This document shows, piece by piece, positions 53,003 to 64,000 of a stretch of 64,000 nt of DNA. The stretch is from Octopus sinensis. Taxonomy: Eukaryota. Within the stretch, counting starts at the first letter, position 1. The number at the start of each line of letters is the position of its first letter. The notes below the pieces were generated by a model. That model saw only the letters and a list, made by a program, of their open reading frames with translations. It had not been told where the DNA came from and ran no database searches. Location of the stretch: the NCBI RefSeq assembly GCF_006345805.1, contig NC_043011.1, forward strand, positions 32,810,464-32,874,463, in the 5' to 3' direction. The position numbers and the translations under genes were made by a program.

Positions 53003-55753
53003 CCTTATGTTCGACTCATAAAGGTTATCCGTATTGTCATTTGAGCATTAGGTTCAGTACCACCCAACCTGAAAAAACATCTGAAAAATTATTATTATTA
53101 TTATTTAGGTGGTGAGCTGGCAGAATCGATGGCATGCCAGGCAAAATGCTTAGCGGCATTTCATCGGTCTTTATGTTCTGAGTTCAAATTCTTTGCAGGG
53201 TTGATAAAATAGGTACCAATTGAATACTGGGGTCGATGTAATTGACTTACCTCTTCTCCTGGGCTTGCTGACCTTGTGCCAAAATTTGAAACCCGTTTTT
53301 ATTAAGACAACGAGGTGGCAGAATCGGTATGTCAGACAAAATGTTAAGTGAAGCGATATTTCTTTTGGCTTCACTTTCTGAGTTCAAATGCTGCAAAGGT
53401 CAGCTTTGCCTTTCATCCTTTTGGGGTCAATAAAAGTAATGGGGGTTGATATAATTAAGTAAGCCCCTCCTTCGAAAAGAAAAAAACCCTGGCCTTATTA
53501 TTGATGATTGGTGATGATGATGACGATAATGACAACAGTGGGATGATGATAATGATGATGAAAATTATAACGCTTATTAAGATTATGATTATCTCTGGAA
53601 TGTATATTTTCAGTATTTATATTTATTCTATATTTACCTGTGAATGACATGAGATAGATTGGTTTTTTTTTCTTCTTGTTTTTATGTTTTACCTACAAAA
53701 GAACTCCATGTGTTTTTTTTTTCATGTGACCCACACTGACTAATGCATGAGAGTCTTTCTGCTGGGATTTTGTGATGGGGAGAGGAACATTAGACCTCTG
53801 CCTCTCTCATACACACACACACATATACACACTCACATAACATACACAATGCAACAAAAACATGGAGTAAGACAATTTGATTCAGCAGTTTGGACATTAG
53901 CAATTTGGCACAGCTAACTGGACAATGAACCTATTTCGGTGACAGTACTTTTTAGCACTAGAGGCAAACACACACTCACACACACACATATATACATGCA
54001 TGCACATAATCATACACATGCATATAGTGAGAGGGAGAGGAAGAGAGAGATATGTTATAATCTATTAATTGAACATGATTGATATAAATTTTTCCGTTCT
54101 CTTCATAAACATGAAAAAGAAATATGCTTACACATAAACGCAGAAACAGAGATGAAGAGAATGAGATGCGTTAAAATGTCTGATGTTAAATAAGTCAGCA
54201 CTGAATCAGCTATGCCAAATGGGTTGGTTCACATTACTCTATAATGAGCATAGGGCTGGTTTCCAAGTTTCTCTGACATATATATTCATCCCTGAATGGA
54301 ATGCTGGTCCATTGCAGAGTCACTCAGTTTTTCTAGCTGAGTAAACTAGAGTAATATGAAATGAAGTGTTTTTCTCAAGAACACAATACATCAACTGGTC
54401 CAGGAATCGAAACCACAATCTTATAATCATGAGTGTCCGATACCCTAACCACTAAGCCATGCACATTTACTTATGCCAAATAGATGGTGACAAAATGTCT
54501 CATGCACAAAAATGTATATATCTTGATGTGACATTTCTACATAGTTATAACCTCAGAAGCCAATCTGCTCATCACAAAAAGAAACAGTAATTGCTACCAA
54601 TATTTGAACAGGTAATGAGGACAAAAAGAATTTGTGACCACCTGAAACAACACATAAGCTATGAGAATAGATGAAGGTGATGAAAAGCTAATAATAGAGA
54701 TGAATGATGTTGACATGATTTTTTTTGGGGGGGGTGTTTTCTTTTTAGAAAAATGAATATTTAGTAAAAACAAAAATGTATGTTTTATGTGTAAAACTTA
54801 AGGTGTCATGTTCAGAAGGATTTTGTCCATCTTTATGTTCTGAGCTCAAATTCTACCAAGGTTGACTTTGCCATTCATCCTTCCAAAATCAATAAGTTGA
54901 GCATTGAGGTCGATGTAATTGATTTACATGATCTCCTGAAATTGCTGGCCTTGTACCAAAATTTGAAATCAGTATTATATATAGCTCTCAAGGCATGAGC
55001 AGGCAGAATTGTTAACATGCCAGGCAAAATGTTTAGCGATATTTCGTTTGTCTTTACATTCTGAGCTCAGATTCTGCTGAGGTCGACTTTGCCTTTCATT
55101 CTTTTGGGAGTCAATCGAACTGGGGTCGATGTAATCAGCTTCCCCATTTCCTTGAAATTGCTAACCTTCTACCAACATTTGAAATCAATATTATTATACA
55201 CAGCCATTGTATAGAAGAACATTTGTAACTCTAACTTCTGAGCACCAGTAAAAAGAATACTCTTCGTGTTACACAAACATAGTTTTGAAATCTGAACATT
55301 TTTTTTTTTTTGCCACTTTTACATTTTTGCTAACTCTGCTGAAAAACATTAGTAAATTTTTTTTTTTTTGTTTACTGTTCGTCCCAGAATTTGGTTGAAG
55401 TATTTATTAAATGGTTCTTTCAACAAATAACACTTTCTGTCACGTTGTAGGTACCTAATTTTTATTCCTGTTACAATCTTAAATTCACAATATGATTTCC
55501 ATTTATCTTTTCTGATATCATCTTTTTATAGTATATTATATCATACAAAAGGGTTTCAACATATAGGACCTTTTCCTTAATATATTTTATGTATTCCAAC
55601 TTCCAAAAGCTGTGCCTTTTTTTTTTTTTTGTCTCAAAAATCCTTAGAATTTTGGGGTTTCTTTTCTATTTTTTTTTTTGTACCTTTCTTTTCAATTTAG
55701 TTTATATAACTTTTATTTCCCCTTTTTTCTTCATTGTTTTCTCAAATTTATAG

Positions 55754-56344
55754 GGCTGATTTTGAAAAAAGTGTAACAATGAATGGAACAGCAATATCTG
55801 ATGCAGATATTATGGCTGAATCATATGCAGATCCAGGTTCAGGCTTGCCTCCTGGGGGAGGCCCGCCACCTCCACCACCACCACCATCTATATCTGGCAG
55901 CTCCGTCCTACCTCCTGGTGCTCTCAACCAAACTTCTGCGACCAGTGGAGGTGGTGGTGGGGCTAGTGGTGTTAGCAGCAGCAGCAGCAGTAGTAGTAGT
56001 AATGGTGGCATTGATGGTGGTACTGGTGGCGGCGGCGGCAGTGGTGGTGGTAGTGGTGGTGGTGGCGGAGGCAGCGGAGTAGGAGGTGGTGGAGGAGGAG
56101 GAGGTGGCGGAGGAGGTGGTGGAGGTGGAGGTGGTGGAGGAGGTGGAGGAGGAGGAAGCGGTGTAACCAATACGAATGATATACCTGAAAATGGTTGTGC
56201 TTTAAGTGTGCTACCGCCTGGTGCACTGACCGTGTCAAACCTTTGTGAAAATGGTGCTTTGTCTAGTAACGGAAGTCCGGGTTGTCTAATGAACAGTAGT
56301 GGAAGCCCTGGATCTCGTATCACTTGTCGATTTTGTGGTAAACG
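55754..56344 (+). CDS. C2H2 zinc-finger gene, Gly/Pro/Ser-rich exon ending in the first half of finger 1 (ITCRFCGKR)
   Basis: Long pyrimidine tract then tttatag|G acceptor at 55753/54. Stop-free GC-richer frame (track ORF 55734-56348). Donor CG|gtaagc at 56344/45, phase 2. Confidence 0.93.
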
Positions 56345-57291
56345 GTAAGCATATTTTAATTCAACCCTGTATTTTATCTTGTCGTAATTTCGAGTGAAAC
56401 GAGTTACTGTTTTGTATGGAAGTGTAAGGTTTGTCTTATAAGCTATAACTAGTTCGTTGAAAGATTAATTAAAATCCTGTAGACAAAGTTTCAGAGGCCT
56501 AGAAAAAGGATGAGGGCTTTTAAATTAGACTCTGTTGTAGACATTATTATTCTTTGAATCGATCTAAGTTTATAACGTAGGCCATTAGACTATAAACTGA
56601 AGGACTCACTGGTCATGTCCCATAACCACCACCACAATGTGTTCACAGCCAAGGCGCATAACTCTTGCTGGCTCAGTCCACCTAGCTGTAAATGGATACC
56701 ACCATGGGTGGGGTAATCAGCAGCAGGTTGTAACATTTAATAAGTTTCTCTTTAACTTTTGGTACTGTATTCAAATCTTTCCATTGTTATAGCTTTAACT
56801 AACAGACATCCAGACTGGCCATACCTGCCCCAGATACTCTACCTGTCTTATATTCAAACTGGCCGGATCTGGCCTCTCGCACCTACCCTACAACATCATT
56901 CTAACAATAAATCGCATCATTGAAATCCTACGTTGTTTTATGTTGAAGCTGACCATATCTGGCCTCTCACACCTGCCTATATTATCATTCTAGAAATAAA
57001 CAATCACATCATTGAAATCTCAAAGCTACAAGATAATGCATGATTAATTCAAAACACTGTGGATGAATAAACATTTCATTTGACAAAGTAATCTGAATAC
57101 TAAAAGCTTAATAGGAGTGGCCGCTCTGGCTGGCTAATTTCTCCTAGATACACCATGCAGAGAGTAAAGTTTTCAAGTAATAGACACTGTGACTCACAAT
57201 CCTTCATAAAACCTGATTGTGTATTTTTCCTTCTTCACAACAGGCCTCATATTGGTTTATATTCTACTATACATCTTTAATATTATACATC

Positions 57292-57833
<542 letters not shown>

Positions 57834-59046
57834 GTGTATATATATATATATACATACATGTATGTATATGCATATATGTACAGATAGATAGATAGATATA
57901 GCTAGAAGCTAGCTTTTAGCTCACAATGACAAATATAATCTTATAAACATTCTTTTCTCTTGTTTTGATATGTGTTGAAATTTTTAAATGTATTTTTTTT
58001 CTCTGTGTGTGTGTGTGTAAAAAGATTATATTACCAACCATGATGATATTACATACACATTTATGCATCCATTTGCATCACACATGCACACAGCATACAC
58101 ATATACATATAGATATACATACATATACACGCACACACATCAAAGGTGATGCTCCAGCATGGCCACAGTCAAAAGACTGAAACAAGAAAAAGAATAAAAG
58201 AATGTATGTGCATGCACACACACATATACACACTCACACATACCCAATGATGGATTCTTTATTGAATGCAATCAAGGACAACCTTTCTCGACATGTGGGC
58301 CACATGAGATATGGCTCATCATCAAGTGGGCTGCACCACAAGAAAAAAATTCTTGGGGAATTCTTCATTCAGAAAGTTCCAAGAGCCACAGTTTGCCCAT
58401 GACTGATTCAGTTGCTTGACACACTAGAAACAGCAGCCAAATCTCTCTCTCATATCATATTTTACCATCTTAGAAAGAAAGGTAAAAAATGTAAGACTAT
58501 GTTTGATAATCTGGCTCTAGATATGTTATGTTTGAAACAAAACAAAAATGATACAGTCATGGCTGGATTGTCTTGAATTATAGATCTGATCAATTATTAC
58601 TAGCCTAAGCAATCATGATGGTGATATATTTCATCACTGGTTTCTATGGTGACCATTCCATTTTCCCAATTCAACTAAACAAGGGAACTATTGTATTATT
58701 AAATGGCTGAGAGAAGCGGTAAGCTGGCAGAATTGTTAGCATGCTGGACAAAATGCCTTGTGGCATATCATTCTTCTTTACATTCTGAGTTCAAATTCCA
58801 CTGAGGTCAGCTCTGCCTTTCATCCTTTCTGGGTCAATGAAATAAGTACCAGCCAACTACTGTGGTTAATGTAATCAGCCTCACCCTGCCTGTACATTCT
58901 GAGTTCTAATCTTGTGGAGGTTGACTTTGCCTTTCATCCTTTCGGTGTCAATGATATAAATACCAGTTGAACATTGGGGTCAAAGTAATTGACTTACTCC
59001 TTCCTTAAAACTATGTCAAAATTTGAATCCATTATTATTATTATTA

Positions 59047-59091
<45 letters not shown>

Positions 59092-59329
59092 CATTATCAA
59101 TGCTGAAGGCAGCGAGCTGGCAGAAACGTTAGCACGCCAGGTGAAACTCTTAGCGGTTTTTCATCTGTCTTTGTGTTTTGAGTTCAAATTCCGCTGAGGT
59201 CGACTTTGCCTTTATGTCCTTTTGGGGTCAATAAATTAAGTACCAGTTGCATACTGGGGTCGATCTAATCGACTGGCCCCTCCCCCCAAATTTTGGGCCT
59301 TGTGCCTAGAGGAGAAATGATTATTATTA

Positions 59330-59377
<48 letters not shown>

Positions 59378-59379
<2 letters not shown>

Positions 59380-59927
59380 GAGTGAGAGAATAGTGCATAC
59401 CATCAAAGTGACTCTGGGGTACAAATATACGAAGCCCAATATATCCATCATGACTACTCGTCTGATAAGGGTACTCCAGGCACATGCATCACAACCATAT
59501 GTGCACGATATGGTGATCTCATACCAAGATAAACAGCACATGACCTGGCAGGTGGGGCCCAGTTAGAATTTTCTTCAGGTCAGATAGCCCATCCCGCTCA
59601 AAAGGTCCCTGAATAAGGCTTGTTTAAGGATGTTGAACAAAACATCCATGTTTCCCTAAGCTAATTATTCAAACCCCAAAGAACTCCTCTCAGCACATGC
59701 TCCCCCACTACTTCTGCTCATGATCAGAGATGCACATACCGTCAGCCACTAAGGGACATGCTCAACTGGCTACGGTCAAACAACTGACAAGCAAATCTGT
59801 GGTATTGAGCAGAATATTTGCTGTAGCCCATCTTTCATACCAAGACAAAACAATGTACATGATAACACTCCCAATCAGTTAAGATCAAAAGCCATGAGAG
59901 CCATTGCCTGGTGCTGCATCAAGGCAT
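59378..59927 (-). mobile_element. non-coding interspersed repeat inserted in (TAA)n; second, internally deleted copy at 60683-60973
   Basis: Both copies begin tgagtgagag right after (TAT)n and end near ggt(a/g)ctgcat before more TAT repeats. Confidence 0.7.
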
Positions 59928-60172
59928 TTATTATCATTAGACGAGCTTGCAGAATCATTAGCATGCACAGCAAAATGCTTACCACATTTTGTCCACCTTT
60001 ACGTTCTTAGTTTAAGTTCCACCAAGGTTGGCTTTGCCTTTTATCATTTTGGGGTTGATAAAATAAGTACCAGTTAAGTACTGGGGTCAATATAATTGAG
60101 TAGTCCCCCACTTCCACCAAAATTTCTGGCCTTGTGTTTTTAGTAGAAAGGATTACTATTATTATTATTATT

Positions 60173-60600
60173 CATCATCATCATCGTCGTTTAACGTCCG
60201 TTCTCCATGCTAGCATGGGTTGGACGGTTCGACCGGGGTTCTGGGAAGCCAGAAGGCTGCACCAGGCTCCAGTCTAATTTGGCAATGTTTCTACAGCTGG
60301 ATGCCCTTCCTAACGCCAACCACTCCGTGAGTGTAGTGGGTGCTTTTTACGTGCCACCTGCACAGGTGCCAGGCGGGGCTGGCAACGGCCACAGTCAGAT
60401 TGGTGTATTTTATGTGCCACCGGCACGGAAGCCAGTCGAGGCGGTGCTGGCATCGGCCACGAGTCGGATAGTGCTTTTTACGTACCACCAGACCAGGGAT
60501 CCTGGCTGGTTCAATTCGATTTCGATTTCGCTTGCCCCAACATGTCTTCACAAGCAAAGGGGGTTGGCAAGGGTGCCTGTCGTACGGTCGCATTGGAGTA
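60173..60600 (-). mobile_element. family C retroposon ((GAT)n tail; GGCGTTAGGAAGGGCATCCAG core) with ~62-68-bp internal tandem units
   Basis: Close relative at 42278-42760. Shorter copies at 10680-10860, 12690-12930, 15133-15293, 18498-18680, 25893-26036, 32890-33342, 36333-36610 and 43921-44140. Confidence 0.82.
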
Positions 60601-60652
60601 TTTTACGTGCCACGGCTTATTATTATTATTATTATTATTATCATTATTATTA

Positions 60653-60684
<32 letters not shown>

Positions 60685-62094
60685 GAGTGAGAGAGCAGTA
60701 CATGCCATCATAGTGACACTGGGGTAAAATATACAAAGCCCAGTATACCCATCTGATAAGGGTACATATATCATATATATAAGGGTGCACATATCGTCAG
60801 CCACTAAGAGACATGCTCAACTGGTTACAGTCAAACAACTGACTAGCAAATTTGTGGTATTGAGCAGAATATTTGCTGTAGCTCATCTTTTGTACCAAGA
60901 CAAAACAATGTACATGATAACACTCCCAATTAGTTAAGATCAGAAGCTTCAAGAGCTACTGTTTGGTACTGCATATTATTATTGTTGCTGTTGTTGTTGT
61001 TGTTATCATTATTATTATTAATATTGTTTAAGGCATTGAGCTGGCAGAATCATTAGCACGCCAGACAATATGTTCAGCTGCATTTTATCTGACTTCATGT
61101 TCTGAGTTAAAATTCCGTCAAGGTTGACTTTGCCTTTCATCCTTTTGGGATTGATAATATAAGTATCAGCTGAGTACTGGGGTCAGTGTAATCAGCTCGC
61201 ACCCACTCTACTAAAATTTCAGGCCCTGTACCTATTAGCAGCATTTTGTCCATCTTGGTGTTGTGTTCAAATTCTGCTGAGGTCGACTTTGACTTTCGTC
61301 CTTTTGAGATTGATGAAATACTAGCCAAGCACTGAGGTTGATGTAATCGACTAGCCCCCTCCTGCCAAAATTTAAAATTTTGAGCCCATTGTAGAAAGAA
61401 TTGTTATTATTTAAGGTGGTGAGCTGGCAGATTTTTTTAGCCCTCCAGACAAAATTCTTAGCCATGTATTTCGTCCATGTTTATGCTCTGGGTTCAAATT
61501 GTACTGAGGTCGACTTTGACTTTTTATCCTTCAGGATTGATAAAATAAGTACTAGTTGAGAACAAAGGGTAGATGTATTCAACTTAACCCCCTTCTTCAA
61601 AATTGCATGCCTTGTGCCAAAATTTGAAACCATTATTGTTTAAATCCCATGGAGGTCGGCTTGGTTTTTCATCATTTCAGAATCGGTAAAATAAGTACCA
61701 GTCAAGCACTTGACTGAATGTGATTGACTAGCCCTTTACCCCACTTCTCTCAGAATTTTAGGACCTATGTCTATAATAGAAACGATTATCAAGTGACTGA
61801 GTATTCCACAGGCAATGTAATATTCAGGTTGAAGCAGCAGGTGACAATGGGTGTGATGAGGGTGGACTGTTTTAATTATTTGGTACCGTCCATCCAATGA
61901 GTTGTCTCTTAAGTTTCAGTTCGTCCACTTTAAATTACAAGATTTGGTTTGATCTGAAGCTAAGTTAAAAACAACCTGCCCAAGTTGACATGCTGTGAAA
62001 TTGAACCCAGAACCTCATACTTGCAACGTTAAGTTCTTAGTCATTCAGCCATGACCGTAATAACACACAATTACACATTCACTTGCATACGTCA

Positions 62095-62373
62095 CATGCA
62101 TGATGCACACATTCACACATACATACCTCACATACACACACATACACACCTCACATACACACACATACACACCTCACATACACACAAACACCAAATGCAT
62201 ACACTTTCTCTCTCTCTCTCTTTCTCTCATGTACACGCATAATATATACACACACTTTCTCCTTCTCTCTCTCTCTCCACAAACACAAACACACAAACCA
62301 TACACACACAGTGTCTCTGTCTCACACACACACACACAACAGACATATTTACTCTATCTCTCTCTCTCTCTCA

Positions 62374-62407
<34 letters not shown>

Positions 62408-62862
62408 GCATGATAGATACACTCACTCTTTCTTTTTCACAAACACACTCACACACACACAGCAGACATACTCTCACACTCTCTCTCACACAAACACACA
62501 CACATGGACTCATACACACACACACACAACATACATACACTCTCTCTCTCTCACACCACACACACACACACACAACAGACATACTCTCACTCTCTCTCTC
62601 TCACACACACACACAGCATGACATACATACACTCACTCTTTCCCTTTCACACACACACACAACATACATACACTCTCTCTCTCTCTCTCTCTCTCACCAC
62701 ACACACACACACACAACATACATACTCTCACACTCTCTATCTCTCTCTCTCTCACACACACACAGCATGACATACATACACTCACTCTTTCTCTTTCACA
62801 CACACACAACATACATACACACCCTCTCGCTCTCTCACACGCACACACACTCACACACACAC
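62095..62862. repeat. compound (CA)n/(CT)n low-complexity satellite
   Basis: Direct inspection; ends ~65 nt before the 62927 acceptor. Confidence 0.92.
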
Positions 62863-62926
62863 AGTAATTTTGATATTCATTTGGTTTTAATAATGCCTTT
62901 TTCCTCCCTCTGACCTTCAAACCTAG

Positions 62927-63284
62927 TTTTTCCCAATCTGGTTATGTGAAAGCTCATGAGCGTATCCATACTGGAGAGAAGCCGTTCCATTGCTCTGTAT
63001 GTGGTAAGCAGTTTAGTGATCCCAGCAACTGGAAGAAGCATGAGAGGGTGCATACTCGTCAGATGTCAGAAGCAACTGATGAAAAATCTCATCTGCTCAA
63101 GCAAAGTATCAATAATTTGCCGTCCTTGGTACAGCCACGCCGGATTAAAGCGGAGTCGCCATCAAATACCTGTAAGATTTGTGGCAAGATGTTCTCTAGT
63201 CAAAGCAGTCTAGCCACACATAGACGTATTCATACTGGTGAGAGGCCTTACAAATGTTTGACTTGTGGGAAAGCTTTTACACAG
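62927..63284 (+). CDS. C2H2 zinc-finger gene, finger exon: completes F1 ([14 protein letters not shown]), F2 CSVC..HERVH, F3 CKIC..HRRIH, start of F4 [10 protein letters not shown]
   Basis: Acceptor acctag|T at 62926/27 in phase 2 (CG+T = Arg) rebuilds [27 protein letters not shown]. Canonical TGEKPF/TGERPY linkers. Donor CAG|gtatct at 63284/85, so the gene continues beyond the window. Confidence 0.96.
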
Positions 63285-63396
63285 GTATCTCTCTGTTTTT
63301 CATAACTTTTCTTTCATTTTATAAAAAAAACTTTTTTTATGTGTTTATATAAGACATGGTGTTGTGTTTTCCAAAGGGTAAAAGATGCTGTTGTTA

Positions 63397-63434
<38 letters not shown>

Positions 63435-64000
63435 GTTTATAAGGCAGTAAGTTGGCACAATTGTTAGCATGCCGGGTGAAATGCTTAGCGGTATTTCGTC
63501 TGCCGTTACATTCTGAGTTCAAATTCCGCTGAGGTCGACTTTGCCTTTCATCCTTTCGGGGTCGATAAATTAAGTACCAGTGAAACAACACTGGGGTCGA
63601 TGTAATCAACTAGTCCCCTCCCACAAAAATGTCAGACCTTGTGTCTGTAGTAGAAAAGATTATTATTATTATCATTATTGTTTATAAAGCGGCAAGCTGG
63701 CAGAATCATTGGCACGCCAGGCGAAATGCTTAGTGGCATTGTCCAGAAAGTTCATGCCGATTTTTAAAGGAAGAAAAAGGTCAATAAATACTTGCCATTA
63801 CATTTTTAATCAACCAAATATGAACCAATTTGTTGCACAATGCGTCTCCATCTTGCCTTTAACTTGAAAATACCCCATTCCCAGAAGTGAGGTGGTTTCA
63901 TGGCAAAAAATTCATCAAGTTATCTTTTTATGTCATCCAAGGAATTGAAATATTTACCATTAAGACTATTCTGCAGAGACCTGAATAAGTGGAAATCCGA

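Noticed and set aside
55748-56323. Antisense poly-Pro ORF (191 aa)
   Set aside because: Mirror of the Gly-rich sense exon; the splice signals and finger continuity support only the + strand.

Overview
AT-rich, repeat-saturated animal genomic DNA. The SINE families, microsatellite load and 5S sequence point to an octopus (coleoid cephalopod); this is inference. One protein-coding gene is supported, a + strand C2H2 zinc-finger gene. Its start exon (46870-46950, ATG 46913), Gly/Pro/Ser-rich exon (55754-56344) and finger exon (62927-63284) join in matching phases, and the gene continues past the window. Several candidate uORF-bearing 5'UTR exons lie up to ~34 kb upstream. The rest is mostly mobile DNA: at least five SINE-like families, a decayed DD37D (maT) transposon, two non-autonomous Helitrons, MITEs, CR1 and RLE-type LINE fragments, and two 5S rRNA pseudogenes in a 909-bp tandem duplication. 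The most notable signal is a set of sense-strand minimal hammerhead ribozyme motifs upstream of the start exon. Three lie in a 273-nt-period tandem array preceded by an inverted partial copy (41111-42163, retrozyme / Penelope-pLTR-like). One, with a compensatory U3-A8 core, sits at the centre of a ~340-bp palindrome (45525-45862). Nearly all ORFs in the track are microsatellite or SINE artefacts.
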